In this document: one piece after another, positions 53,952 through 63,348 of the stretch | Numbering within the stretch: position 1 is the stretch's first letter | Layout: each line of letters starts with the position of its first letter | DNA from: an uncultured Chitinophagales bacterium | GTDB taxonomy: Bacteria > Bacteroidota > Rhodothermia > Balneolales > CAYWCV01 | DNA length: 64,000 nt | NCBI GenBank assembly: GCA_964629885.1 | Contig: CAZVRJ010000001.1 | Location: 19,638 to 83,637, forward strand | Reading direction: 5' to 3' | Position numbers and translations under genes: made by a program | Notes under the pieces: model-generated | Told to the model about the DNA's origin: nothing | Databases searched by the model: none | Seen by the model: only the letters and a program-made list of their open reading frames with translations

Positions 53952-54647
53952 TTAGTGTTCATTCAAAAATTTGTCGTAGAGATCCGGACGAAGTCGCTTC
54001 GTCCTTTCCAGAGCATTGTCATGCCTCCATGCTTCGATTTTGGCGTGGTCGCCACCCAACAGGATATCGGGAACCCTCCATCCGTTGAATTCAGCAGGCC
54101 TTGAGTACGCTTCGCAGTCGAGGAGCCCATCTTGGAATGAGTCGTTCAATGCGCTTACCGCATCTCCGAGCACTCCTGGTAGTAACCTCGCCACGGCATC
54201 GACAATAACTAGTGCGGGAAGCTCACCTCCCGATAGTACAAAGTCGCCTAGGCTGTATTCTTTGGTAACCACATGGTCGCGTATCCGCTGGTCGACCCCC
54301 TTGTAGTGTCCGCACAAAATGACAACCCTGTTTAACCCAGACAGCTTGTTAGCCTCGGTCTGTGTAAACGGGATACCATCTGGTGCCATGAAGAGGATTT
54401 CGTCGTAGTCCCCCGCAGCTTTCAGCGACTCTATGCAAGAGTAGATGGGCTGCGGTGTGAGGACCATTCCGGGTCCACCTCCATACGGGGTGTCGTCAAC
54501 CTTTCGGTGCTTGTCTACCGAGTAGTCGCGAAGATCATGGATGTGAACATCCAACAGCCCTTTATCGCGGGCTTTCTTCACGATGCTGTGCTCCAATGGG
54601 GAACGCAGCAGGTCGGGTACAGCACTTATCAGATCGAAACGCATCAC
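53952..54647 (-). CDS. trmD: tRNA (guanine37-N1)-methyltransferase
   Basis: 231 aa. MRFDLISAVPDLL…, DDTPYGGGPGMV, …ILCGHYKGVDQR…SLGDFVLSGGELPA… are TrmD motifs. Confidence 0.95.
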   Translation of the reverse strand: MMRFDLISAVPDLLRSPLEHSIVKKARDKGLLDVHIHDLRDYSVDKHRKVDDTPYGGGPGMVLTPQPIYSCIESLKAAGDYDEILFMAPDGIPFTQTEANKLSGLNRVVILCGHYKGVDQRIRDHVVTKEYSLGDFVLSGGELPALVIVDAVARLLPGVLGDAVSALNDSFQDGLLDCEAYSRPAEFNGWRVPDILLGGDHAKIEAWRHDNALERTKRLRPDLYDKFLNEH

Positions 54648-55198
54648 AGATCCAACAGGTCGTCAATGTCAACAACGGTCACGGTTTGTGCGTCATCGTC
54701 CACATCATCGACATATACGTCGACGAATGGGATGAGAACTTCCCCTTTTCCTTTGATATGTAATCTAAGGATGGGGTGTGCCGGGTTGTCGACGATTTCG
54801 ATCACGTTGCCAATGGTGTTGCCATTGGTGTCGAGCACCGAGTATCCTGCTAGGTCGTCGCCATCTTCTTCATCGAAGAGGTCAACTGATCCCGTTTCCA
54901 CAAGTACTTGGCGTCCGATGAATGCTGTTGCGGCGTTGCGGTCAGCAACCATTTCCAAAATCACAAAGAACATTTGCTTTTCGCCCTGAACCGACAGTCT
55001 CGCCGACTGTACGCGCCAAGGCTGCAGCATCCCAAAATCGCCCGACATATAGACGGTTTCGACGTTAAGAAGCTGGTTTGGCAATGGCAGATCGATACGG
55101 ATGCCGATTTCGCCCTTCAATCCATGAACTTTGGTCACCGTGCCAATGGCGTCGAATGCCGAGTTTGGATTGTTGTCAGGTTTCATGTCGGTACCCAT
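54644..55198 (-). CDS. rimM: 16S rRNA processing protein RimM
   Basis: 184 aa. …IGTVTKVHGLKGEI… is the RimM N-domain, with a PRC-barrel C-domain. The rpsP-rimM-trmD-rplS synteny also supports the call. Confidence 0.88.
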   Translation of the reverse strand: MGTDMKPDNNPNSAFDAIGTVTKVHGLKGEIGIRIDLPLPNQLLNVETVYMSGDFGMLQPWRVQSARLSVQGEKQMFFVILEMVADRNAATAFIGRQVLVETGSVDLFDEEDGDDLAGYSVLDTNGNTIGNVIEIVDNPAHPILRLHIKGKGEVLIPFVDVYVDDVDDDAQTVTVVDIDDLLDL

Positions 55199-55215
55199 CC
55201 TCTCTACCTGGAGGA

Positions 55216-55911
55216 TTAGGCTTCTTTATTCTCTTCGCCTTCGGCGCTTTCGGTAGCTTCTTCGGCTGGAGCCTCTTCGGCAGCAGCTTCTTCGGCAGCA
55301 GCTTCTTCGGCAGGTGCCTCAGTTGCAACTTCCTCAACAGCTTCTGCTACCTCTGCGGCGGCTTCGGCTACTGGTGCCTCTTCGGCGACTTCAGTGGCTC
55401 CAGCAGCTTCGGCGGCTTCGGCGGCTTCGGCTTTGTCGGCTGCAGCTATAGCGGCAGCTTTGGCTTCCTCAGCAGCTGTAATGGCTGCTGCTTCTGCGGC
55501 TTTAACCTTGTCTACCTGTGCTTTCTTGTAGGCTTCTTCTTCTGCCTTCAGTCGTGCACGCATTGCGTCGGTGCCAGACTTGACAGTAGTATCGCCCTTC
55601 GAAGCTTTCCAAGCGTCGAGCGTTGTATTGATCTCTTCTTCCGACTTGCCCCAACCAATTAGGTGCATGCGGAACAGGATACCTTCCTTCTTGAGGATGG
55701 AACGTACCGTGTCGGTAGGTTGGGCACCAGTCTTGAGCCAGTGAATGACTCGGTCGGTGTTGATAGTTACTTTGGTCACGGCGTTGATCGGGTTATAACG
55801 GCCGAGATCTTCGATGATACGACCGTCGCGCTTGGAACGCACGTCGGCTACCACGATATGATAGTACGGCTTCTTCTTGCGACCATGCCGTTGGAGGCGG
55901 ATTTTAACCAA
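55216..55911 (-). CDS. rpsP: 30S ribosomal protein S16 with a long Ala/Glu-rich C-terminal extension
   Basis: [41 protein letters not shown] is canonical S16. Residues ~90-231 are A/E/K-rich low complexity. Confidence 0.93.
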   Translation of the reverse strand: MVKIRLQRHGRKKKPYYHIVVADVRSKRDGRIIEDLGRYNPINAVTKVTINTDRVIHWLKTGAQPTDTVRSILKKEGILFRMHLIGWGKSEEEINTTLDAWKASKGDTTVKSGTDAMRARLKAEEEAYKKAQVDKVKAAEAAAITAAEEAKAAAIAAADKAEAAEAAEAAGATEVAEEAPVAEAAAEVAEAVEEVATEAPAEEAAAEEAAAEEAPAEEATESAEGEENKEA

Positions 55912-55955
55912 TGTTAGCTCCTCTGGTTAAGTGTTGTTTCTGGTTGTTTAGTGGA

Positions 55956-57302
55956 TTATCGTCTTGGACTCGGTAAGCCCATGCCGGCTAGGCCTTGCAT
56001 GGCTTTGCCCATCTTGCCCATACCCGACATTTGCTTCATCATCTTGCGCATCTGCTCGAACTGCTTGATCAGATCGTTCACGTCGCGAACCGTTGTGCCC
56101 GATCCGGAGGCGATGCGCTTACGACGGCTACCGTTTATTTTGTCGGGATTGCGACGCTCGTCGAGCGTCATAGAGCGAATGATGGCTTCAATGGGTTTGA
56201 AGGCGTCGTCGTCGATGGGTAGGTCCTTCATGGCATTTCCCATGCCGGGAATCATTGCCAACAAGTCCTTCATCGATCCCATGCGCTTGATCTGCTGCAG
56301 TTGATCGAGGAAGTCTTCGAGATTGAAGGTGTTGGAACGGATTTTCGAGTTGAGCTTCTTGGCCTGCTCTTCGTCGATCTGCTGCTGCGCGCGCTCAACA
56401 AGGGAGATCACATCACCCATGCCCAAGATGCGCTGGGCCATACGATCGGGATAGAACACGGAGATGGCATCCATCTTCTCGCCGGTGCTCATAAACTTGA
56501 TCGGCTTCTCGACCACGTAGGTCACCGAGAGTGCCGCACCGCCCCGGGTGTCGCCATCGAGCTTTGATAGCACTACACCGTCGAAGTCGATGCGCTGGTT
56601 GAACTCACGTGCCGTATTCACAGCATCCTGACCGGTCATGGCGTCGACTACAAAAAGCGTCTCGTGCGGTTTGAGGATGCTCTTGATCTTGGCAACCTCG
56701 CTCATCATCTCCTCGTCGACATGCAAGCGCCCGGCGGTATCGACGATAAGCACATCGCACATGGCCTTCTTGCAGGCATCGAGTGCCTCGGTGGCAACGC
56801 GAACGGCGTTCTTTTCCTCGATGGAGTACACCGGCACATTAATCTGTGCAGCTAGTGTTTTGAGCTGCTCAACGGCGGCGGGACGATAAACATCGGCCGC
56901 GGCGAGCATGGGCTTGCGTCCCTGGCTCTTGAGGAGATTGGCCAATTTGGCCGTAAATGTCGTTTTACCCGAACCTTGAAGACCCGCAATTAGGATGACG
57001 GTAGGCGGATTTGCCGCCATGCGGATGTCTTCTTTCTCCTTGCCGAGGATTCGAACCAATTCGTCGTAAACGATCTTGGTGAACATCTGACCCGGCGAAA
57101 CATTCGTGATCACACCCTCGCCTTCAGCGGCTTCCTTGATTCGGCGTGTGAATTCGCGGGCTACGTCGTAGTTGACGTCGGCGTCGAGAAGCGCCCTTCT
57201 GATCTCCCGTACGGTCTCGGCGATATTGACTTCGCTGATCCGGTTTTTTCCCGATAGGGATTTAAAAGCGTCAGTAAACTTTGAGGAGAGATCGTCAAAC
57301 AT
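55956..57302 (-). CDS. ffh: Signal recognition particle protein Ffh
   Basis: MFDDLSSKFTDAFKSL… is the N domain. G domain GLQGSGKTT, DTAGR, and a Met-rich M domain (…MRKMMKQMSGMGKMGKAMQGLAGMG…). The ATG at 57302 is preferred over the ORF-track start at 57425. Confidence 0.95.
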   Translation of the reverse strand: MFDDLSSKFTDAFKSLSGKNRISEVNIAETVREIRRALLDADVNYDVAREFTRRIKEAAEGEGVITNVSPGQMFTKIVYDELVRILGKEKEDIRMAANPPTVILIAGLQGSGKTTFTAKLANLLKSQGRKPMLAAADVYRPAAVEQLKTLAAQINVPVYSIEEKNAVRVATEALDACKKAMCDVLIVDTAGRLHVDEEMMSEVAKIKSILKPHETLFVVDAMTGQDAVNTAREFNQRIDFDGVVLSKLDGDTRGGAALSVTYVVEKPIKFMSTGEKMDAISVFYPDRMAQRILGMGDVISLVERAQQQIDEEQAKKLNSKIRSNTFNLEDFLDQLQQIKRMGSMKDLLAMIPGMGNAMKDLPIDDDAFKPIEAIIRSMTLDERRNPDKINGSRRKRIASGSGTTVRDVNDLIKQFEQMRKMMKQMSGMGKMGKAMQGLAGMGLPSPRR

Positions 57303-57399
57303 GGCAATATGCCTTAGGTTATGCGGTGTAGCACGAATGCTGCGATGCAGAGAACAGAAAGATACGGGATTCTTACGAACAATAAAAATATCCTGTTCT

Positions 57400-57481
57400 A
57401 ATGCCACCACCCCCGTCCCCTCCACTGCGGCTCTTCGCTGCGCTCAGGGTAAACTCTGGAGGGGACGGGGGTGGTGGCATT
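57400..57481. repeat. Perfect 25-bp inverted repeat with a 32-nt spacer
   Basis: AATGCCACCACCCCCGTCCCCTCCA (57400-57424) is the exact reverse complement of TGGAGGGGACGGGGGTGGTGGCATT (57457-57481). It is centred in the divergent ffh/fabI intergenic region. Confidence 0.95.
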
Positions 57482-57482
57482 T

Positions 57483-57510
57483 GTCCAATGTCCAATGTCC
57501 AATGTCCAAT
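57483..57510. repeat. Tandem heptamer (GTCCAAT)x4
   Basis: Four perfect copies were read directly from the sequence. They start 2 nt after the right arm of the inverted repeat and end 60 nt upstream of the fabI ATG. Confidence 0.95.
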
Positions 57511-57569
57511 GAAATTAATTTTCGCTTATATTCTCGATAACAGATTCCAGCACAAAATTTTTTCTCAGA

Positions 57570-58415
57570 ATGTCGACATCTCAAGGTTACGGTTTGCTTA
57601 AAGGAAAGAAGGGCATCATATTCGGAGCCCTCGACGAACGTAGTCTCGCATGGAGAGTTGCTCTCGCCTGCCATCGCGAAGGAGCCGAGTTCGTTCTATC
57701 GAATGCGCCCATCGCGCTTCGTTTGGGTCAGCTGAATGCCCTCTCAGAGGCAACTGGCGCACCAATTATTGGCTGCGACGTGAGCAAGAACGGAGAAGTT
57801 CATTCGCTCATGGAGCAGGTGAAAGAGCAACTAGGTGGCATCGACTTCATCCTTCATGCAATCGGCATGTCGCCCAACATTCGCAAGGCCAAAGAGTACA
57901 CCGGCCTGAACTACGAATGGATGCACCAGACGCTGGACATCTCCGCCATTTCGCTGCACCGAATCATGCACTATGCCACCGAAGGCGTCGACGTACTGCG
58001 CGACGGTGGAAGCGTTGTCGCCCTGAGTTACATCGGTGCTCAACGCATCTTTTCGAAGTACAGCGACATGAATGATGCAAAGGCGCTTCTCGAAAGCATC
58101 GCCCGCAACTACGGAAGTCGTCTGGGCAAGCGCGGCATCCGTGTGAATTCCGTCTCTCAGGCGCCGACTTTAACATCGGCGGGCTCGGGTATTCAAGGCT
58201 TCGACGGTTTGTTCACTTTCGCTGATAAGCTGGCGCCGATGGGGAATCCCACGGCCGACGAATGTGCCGACTACTGCGTAACCTTGTTCTCAGACCTTAC
58301 CCGCAAAGTGACCATGCAGAATCTCTTCCATGACGGTGGGTTTTCATCGAACGGCGTCAGCGAAGAGATGCTCAACGACCTAGCTGCTGTATGGGCTTTG
58401 AAGCAGGGTGAATAA
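57570..58415 (+). CDS. fabI: Enoyl-[acyl-carrier-protein] reductase (FabI-type SDR)
   Basis: 281 aa. GLLKGKKGIIFGALDERSLAW… is the FabI-type N-terminus. LSYIGAQRIFSKYSDMNDAKALLES parallels the E. coli FabI [25 protein letters not shown] (Y…Y……K catalytic pattern). Confidence 0.8.
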   Translation: MSTSQGYGLLKGKKGIIFGALDERSLAWRVALACHREGAEFVLSNAPIALRLGQLNALSEATGAPIIGCDVSKNGEVHSLMEQVKEQLGGIDFILHAIGMSPNIRKAKEYTGLNYEWMHQTLDISAISLHRIMHYATEGVDVLRDGGSVVALSYIGAQRIFSKYSDMNDAKALLESIARNYGSRLGKRGIRVNSVSQAPTLTSAGSGIQGFDGLFTFADKLAPMGNPTADECADYCVTLFSDLTRKVTMQNLFHDGGFSSNGVSEEMLNDLAAVWALKQGE

Positions 58416-58424
58416 AATGACAAG

Positions 58425-59018
58425 ATGAGCGATCTCCCATCATCGTACCACGTACTCGGGCTGGATCCTGGATCTAGGGTGATGGGATACGCAATACTCC
58501 TCTGCGAAGGGAAGAGCATGAAGGCGGTCGACATCGGGGTGCTTCGTCTCCACGAGACACAAGCACACCCCGACAGACTCGAACGCATCTTTGATTTGGT
58601 CACCTCCCTTATCGCAGAATATGCACCGATTGCTGTTGCAGTAGAGACACCGGTTTACGGCAAGGATCCGCTTGCCATGCTCAAACTCGGCCGCGCTCAG
58701 GCGGCCTGCATTTTGGCAGCCAGACTCCGCTTGACCGAGATTTGTGAGTATTATCCAAAGATGGTAAAGAAGAGCGTGACCGGAAACGGAAACGCCAGCA
58801 AGTCGCAGGTGGCCTACATGCTTAGCAAGACGGTGCACCTCGCCGACGTAAAGCTCCCGGCCGATGCTACCGACGCCCTAGCCGTTGCCTGGTGCCATGT
58901 GCATCAGAGCCGATCGGCAGCGGCACCAATACCGGTCGTCAAGAGACGAGGCCAAGACAAAAAATCGGCCTGGACAGACTTTTTAGATAGCAACCCCGGA
59001 CGAGTTACCAAACATTAA
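58425..59018 (+). CDS. ruvC: Crossover junction endodeoxyribonuclease RuvC
   Basis: 197 aa. …VLGLDPGSRVMGYAIL…, …AVETPVYGKDP…, and …ATDALAVAWCH… carry the catalytic acidic residues in the RuvC pattern. Confidence 0.9.
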   Translation: MSDLPSSYHVLGLDPGSRVMGYAILLCEGKSMKAVDIGVLRLHETQAHPDRLERIFDLVTSLIAEYAPIAVAVETPVYGKDPLAMLKLGRAQAACILAARLRLTEICEYYPKMVKKSVTGNGNASKSQVAYMLSKTVHLADVKLPADATDALAVAWCHVHQSRSAAAPIPVVKRRGQDKKSAWTDFLDSNPGRVTKH

Positions 59019-59022
59019 GATT

Positions 59023-59616
59023 ATGATAGCGCTACTGAGGGGCACACTGTTCGAAAAGAATCCGGACAGCATCATCATCGACGTAAATGGAGTGGGATAC
59101 TCGGTGGGAGTATCGCGCCATACGAGCCAGTCGCTGCCCGAAGGTGACGAGCATGTGACGCTATTCATTCACCATCATATAACCGAGGCGGGTCAGTCGT
59201 TGTACGGATTTCTCAAACGAGAAGATATGGCTCTGTTCGAAGAGCTTATCACCGTTAAGAGTATTGGTCCAAAGCTTGCCTTGGGCATATTGTCGGGCAT
59301 GGGGACCTCCGAACTAATGGAGGCCATCGTACGGCAGGATGTGGCCGCGCTTTCGCGTGTACCGGGCATAGGTAAAAAAACAGCCGAGCGAATCATCCTT
59401 GAATTGCGCGACCGCGTTGACAAGAAAAGAAACGATATATCGGTACCTAATGGAACCCCAGATGCCGATATAGCACGCGAAGCCATTGCGGCCCTTGAGG
59501 CTCTTGGATATCGCCGCGGATCTATGGATCAAGTCGTAGCAACGATATTACGTTCTCCTGATGCACCTCCTACCGCATCTGACGTGATCCGCCTAGCACT
59601 GAAGGCCGTGCAATAG
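59023..59616 (+). CDS. ruvA: Holliday junction branch migration protein RuvA
   Basis: 197 aa. MIALLRGTLFEKNPDSIIIDVNGVGYSV… is the OB domain. HhH motifs follow (…VKSIGPKLALGIL…, …VPGIGKKTAERIILEL…). Confidence 0.93.
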   Translation: MIALLRGTLFEKNPDSIIIDVNGVGYSVGVSRHTSQSLPEGDEHVTLFIHHHITEAGQSLYGFLKREDMALFEELITVKSIGPKLALGILSGMGTSELMEAIVRQDVAALSRVPGIGKKTAERIILELRDRVDKKRNDISVPNGTPDADIAREAIAALEALGYRRGSMDQVVATILRSPDAPPTASDVIRLALKAVQ

Positions 59617-59679
59617 TAATGATTTAGTAATCATGAATTAACGATTCGGTGATGTAGAACCTATAATTTGGGAGGATAC

Positions 59680-60405
59680 ATGGCAAATCAATCAAGTACT
59701 CAGAACGTTCAAAAGGATTCTGATACCGTGACGAAAAGCACCATCCTGATCGTCGACGACGAGAGAGACATTCTCGATCTGATCGAGTACAACCTAAAAA
59801 AAGAGGGGTTTGTGGTAGTGACGGCCGAAGACGGAGAAGAAGGAATAATGCGTGCTCGTCAAGTGAAACCCGACCTCGTGCTGCTCGACATTATGATGCC
59901 CAAGATGGACGGCTTGGAGGTGGTCGACATGATGCGACAGGATTCCGCCCTCAAAGACATCCCGGTAATATTCCTGACAGCAAGAAGCGACGAGAAGACC
60001 GAGGTGAAGGGCCTAGACCGTGGTGCCGATGATTTCCTGACCAAGCCCATATCAACAACGAAATTGGTCTCGCGTATAAAGGCGGTATTGAGACGCTACT
60101 CCGAAGAAGAGTCTGAAGAAAAGGTGATTACGCGCCACGATCTCACCATCGACCGCGACCGTTTCATTGTGATCCGAAACGGAGTTGAGCACCATCTGCC
60201 GAAAAAAGAATTTGAACTGCTCTATTTTCTTGCATCCCGCAAGGGTAAAGTTCTCGACCGCCAAACATTGCTCAACGAGGTTTGGGGTAACAACATCTAT
60301 GTTATAGATCGCACCATCGACGTTCACATCCGAAAAATTCGCGAGAAGCTTGGCGATAATTATATTGAGACGGTTAAAGGTGTAGGTTACCGTTTCAAGG
60401 AATAA
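59680..60405 (+). CDS. OmpR/PhoB-family response regulator
   Basis: Receiver domain (ILIVDDERDILD…DLVLLDIMMPKMDG…) plus a winged-helix output domain (…TVKGVGYRFKE). The ATG at 59680 is preceded by GGAGG at 59671-75. The ORF track uses TTG at 59668. Confidence 0.9.
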   Translation: MANQSSTQNVQKDSDTVTKSTILIVDDERDILDLIEYNLKKEGFVVVTAEDGEEGIMRARQVKPDLVLLDIMMPKMDGLEVVDMMRQDSALKDIPVIFLTARSDEKTEVKGLDRGADDFLTKPISTTKLVSRIKAVLRRYSEEESEEKVITRHDLTIDRDRFIVIRNGVEHHLPKKEFELLYFLASRKGKVLDRQTLLNEVWGNNIYVIDRTIDVHIRKIREKLGDNYIETVKGVGYRFKE

Positions 60406-60411
60406 GATAAG

Positions 60412-61473
60412 GTGCAAAACTCCGTCTTCTCGGTCTTGGCGCTTCGTATAGCAGGCACGATTGCTGTCATCATTTTTGTGATGTCGAGTGCTTGGGGTAT
60501 GACGCAATCTACATGGCAGGTCGTGCTCCCATATGCTGCGGCTGGGAGTTTGATGATTCTGTTTGTGACCTACATCGTGTCACACCTGATCTTACAAAGC
60601 AGGGTGCAGTTGGTCATCAATGAACTCGACAATCTGGCTAACAAGCGCTTCTTCGACCACGAATATCTCGAAGTGAAGAAGCGAGATGAGTTGGATTTCA
60701 TCTTGAACCGGCTCAACGACACATCAGACACCATCGAGCGCGAAATCCAGCGCCTGAAGCGGATGGAAAACTACCGCAAGGAGTTCATCGGCGACTTATC
60801 GCACGAGTTGAAGACTCCCATTTTTGCCATCCAAGGGTTTATTGAGACATTGTTAAACGGGGCACTCGAGGATCCGGAAGTTAACAGAGAATTTCTGCAG
60901 AAGGCGATGCGGAACGTAAACCGTCTCATAACCCTCACCAACGACCTAATGGAGATTGCCAAGCTAGAAACCGGCGAGCTCAAGGTTAACCCCGTTGTGG
61001 TTACGCTGCGAACCATGATCACCGAGATTGTGGAAACATTGTACTACAAGGCTGAGCGCGAGCAGATTTCCATCGAAATTCAAGATATCGACCCATCGAT
61101 GGCCGTTTTTGCCGATAGGAATCAAATACGGCAAGTAATGCTCAACTTGGTCGAGAACGCCATAAAGTACAACCGTCCGGGTGGTGCCGTTGTAATTGGG
61201 ATTCGTCCCACACCGCAGACCGCCAAAAAAATCACCTTATTTGTTCAGGATACTGGCATTGGTATCGAGGCCAAGCATCTGCCTCGTGTTACCGAGCGAT
61301 TCTACCGCATCGACAAGTCGCGATCGCGCGATAAAGGTGGAACCGGCTTGGGTCTGGCGATTGTAAAGCACATTATTGAAGCTCATCATGAACAGCTTAC
61401 GGTCGAAAGCACGCCAAACGTGGGCTCCACATTCTCGTTTACTTTACAAAATGCCGCTTCCGTTTCGGGATGA
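60412..61473 (+). CDS. Sensor histidine kinase (HisKA + HATPase_c)
   Basis: 353 aa. Two N-terminal TM segments, H-box FIGDLSHELKTPI, N-box LVENAIKYN, and G-boxes DTGIGI and GGTGLGLAIV. Confidence 0.9.
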   Translation: MQNSVFSVLALRIAGTIAVIIFVMSSAWGMTQSTWQVVLPYAAAGSLMILFVTYIVSHLILQSRVQLVINELDNLANKRFFDHEYLEVKKRDELDFILNRLNDTSDTIEREIQRLKRMENYRKEFIGDLSHELKTPIFAIQGFIETLLNGALEDPEVNREFLQKAMRNVNRLITLTNDLMEIAKLETGELKVNPVVVTLRTMITEIVETLYYKAEREQISIEIQDIDPSMAVFADRNQIRQVMLNLVENAIKYNRPGGAVVIGIRPTPQTAKKITLFVQDTGIGIEAKHLPRVTERFYRIDKSRSRDKGGTGLGLAIVKHIIEAHHEQLTVESTPNVGSTFSFTLQNAASVSG

Positions 61474-61521
61474 TGCACTTGTTCGTTACCTTTAGAGTTA
61501 AGACACGAATCATCCCTTACT

Positions 61522-62595
61522 ATGAACTACGCAATCATCATGGCCGGTGGATCCGGCACACGCTTTTGGCCACTTAGTCGCAAAGCGTTACCCAAGCAAT
61601 TTCTGAGCCTTTTCGGTGGGTCAAGCCTGCTTAGACAAACCTACGAACGAATCCGTCCGCTATTTCCCGACGAGCGAATCATTGTGGTCACGAATTCGCA
61701 ATACCTCAACCTAGTGCAGGCCCAACTCCCTGAACTCCAAGCGGATAATATAATCGGAGAAGTTGCAGCCAAAAACACGGCCCCCTGTGTTGCTATGGCC
61801 GCATCTATTATTCGGCAGGCGGATCCTGACGCCGTGATGGCTGTTCTGCCCTCCGATCACTCGATTGCGGACGATGATTCATTCCGTGAGATACTGCAAC
61901 TGTCAATGAATAAGGCATCAACTACCGGTGCGTTGTTCACCATAGGCATCCAGCCAGACCGTCCGGAAACAGGCTACGGGTACATACAATACGACAGGGT
62001 GTCGACAGTGACCTCTCCAGTTTTTGCTGTAAAAACCTTTGCTGAGAAACCAGACCTCGACACGGCAAAGTCTTTTTTGAAATCGGGCGATTTTTTGTGG
62101 AACAGTGGGATGTTCGTATGGAGAGCCGACGCCATCATGAAGGAGTTCGACACGCATCTCCCAGCAGTGTCACTTCTTTGTTCAGATATGATCGTCTCGA
62201 TCGATTCCACTTCCCGCCAAGCAGCCATCGATGCGTTTTATCGGTCGGTAGTATCGATATCGATAGACTACGGCATTATGGAGAAAGCGGGCGATGTTCG
62301 TGTTATACCTGCTACCATTGGCTGGTCGGATGTTGGAAGTTGGCATGCAGCATGGCAACTCGCCGAAAAGGATGACGACGGCAATAGCATCAATGGAAGC
62401 TTGGTTGAGATGGTCGGCACCAAGAATAGCTATGTGCGCAACACGGGCGATAAACTGATTGCACTGGTCGGAATGGATGACGTGATCGTGGTCGATACCG
62501 ACGATGCCATCCTCATTATGCCCCGTGAAAAAAGCCAACAAATCCGCGACTTGATGGATAAGCACCTTCCCGAGCACGGCGACAAATATCTGTAA
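61522..62595 (+). CDS. Mannose-1-phosphate guanylyltransferase (NTP_transferase family)
   Basis: 357 aa. MNYAIIMAGGSGTRFWPLSRKALPKQFL… and …PETGYGYI… are typical of the ManC N-terminal domain. There is no cupin/PMI domain. Confidence 0.88.
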   Translation: MNYAIIMAGGSGTRFWPLSRKALPKQFLSLFGGSSLLRQTYERIRPLFPDERIIVVTNSQYLNLVQAQLPELQADNIIGEVAAKNTAPCVAMAASIIRQADPDAVMAVLPSDHSIADDDSFREILQLSMNKASTTGALFTIGIQPDRPETGYGYIQYDRVSTVTSPVFAVKTFAEKPDLDTAKSFLKSGDFLWNSGMFVWRADAIMKEFDTHLPAVSLLCSDMIVSIDSTSRQAAIDAFYRSVVSISIDYGIMEKAGDVRVIPATIGWSDVGSWHAAWQLAEKDDDGNSINGSLVEMVGTKNSYVRNTGDKLIALVGMDDVIVVDTDDAILIMPREKSQQIRDLMDKHLPEHGDKYL

Positions 62596-63348
62596 TTATA
62601 CCGTGATGGTCAGCTCGTCGTAGGCAAGGTTAATCCCTTTGGGAAGCCTATCGTCAGACTCTTGATGCACGACATACGATGACATGTGCACGAAATAGGT
62701 CTGTGGTGCTCCGATCTGTTTTGCTACCTCAACCGATTCTGGTATGGTCATGTGTGTTGGGTGCGGAGGTCCCCATCTCAAGCCACTCAAAACGACCACT
62801 TTCGAGCCCTTCATAAGCTGTTGTGTTTGCTCTGGAACATTGCTCACATCGGTCAAATAGCTGAAATCGTTTATTCGGAATCCGAGTATGTCGAGATCGC
62901 CATGTTTTGCCGGCAATGGGGTGATGCGTACATCCGCTAAAGTAATCGGTCTTTCCATCAGCTGTAGATCAATGTCGACCGACCCCGGTACTTTACCAGG
63001 CTCGAACATATAGTGAAACCTATGACGAATGCTTTCGATACAGGTCTGCGTGGTATAGGCAGGTATGGCTTGGCTTTGATGATAGTTGAATGGGCGAAGA
63101 TCATCCAAGCCGGCCACATGGTCATTATGCTCGTGGGTGATGAGCAACACGTCGATCTGCTTGATACCCGACCTGAGTGTTTGAAGCCGAAACTCTGGTC
63201 CTATGTCTATCAGGATTGATATGTTGTCTGTTCGCACCCAGACCGAACATCGGTATCTGAAATCCCTCGGATCGTTGCTCGTGTGACCAAATCCTCCTGC
63301 TACTGGAACTCCCATGGAAGTACCCGTTCCAAGGAAGGTGACTTTCAT
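62596..63348 (-). CDS. MBL-fold metallo-hydrolase
   Basis: 250 aa. MKVTFLGTGTS…, the HxHxDH motif (THEHNDHVAG), and later His/Asp ligands. Confidence 0.8.
   Translation of the reverse strand: MKVTFLGTGTSMGVPVAGGFGHTSNDPRDFRYRCSVWVRTDNISILIDIGPEFRLQTLRSGIKQIDVLLITHEHNDHVAGLDDLRPFNYHQSQAIPAYTTQTCIESIRHRFHYMFEPGKVPGSVDIDLQLMERPITLADVRITPLPAKHGDLDILGFRINDFSYLTDVSNVPEQTQQLMKGSKVVVLSGLRWGPPHPTHMTIPESVEVAKQIGAPQTYFVHMSSYVVHQESDDRLPKGINLAYDELTITV

Noticed and set aside
55078-55662. 194-aa plus-strand G/F/S-rich ORF.
   Set aside because: It is antisense to the Ala/Glu-rich tail of rpsP and is a mirror-image low-complexity artefact.
57401-57674. 66-aa and 76-aa ORFs across the 25-bp inverted repeat and the heptamer tract (MPPPPSPP…, …CPMSNVQCPM…).
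   Set aside because: Their sequences are dictated by the G/C runs and the GTCCAAT repeat, and one overlaps the fabI start. They are treated as non-coding.
59662-59667. Perfect TATAAT box upstream of the response-regulator gene.
   Set aside because: It lies only 13 nt from the ATG at 59680, with the GGAGG Shine-Dalgarno in between. A transcript starting there would lack the ribosome-binding site, so this is likely coincidence or part of an upstream-initiated mRNA.
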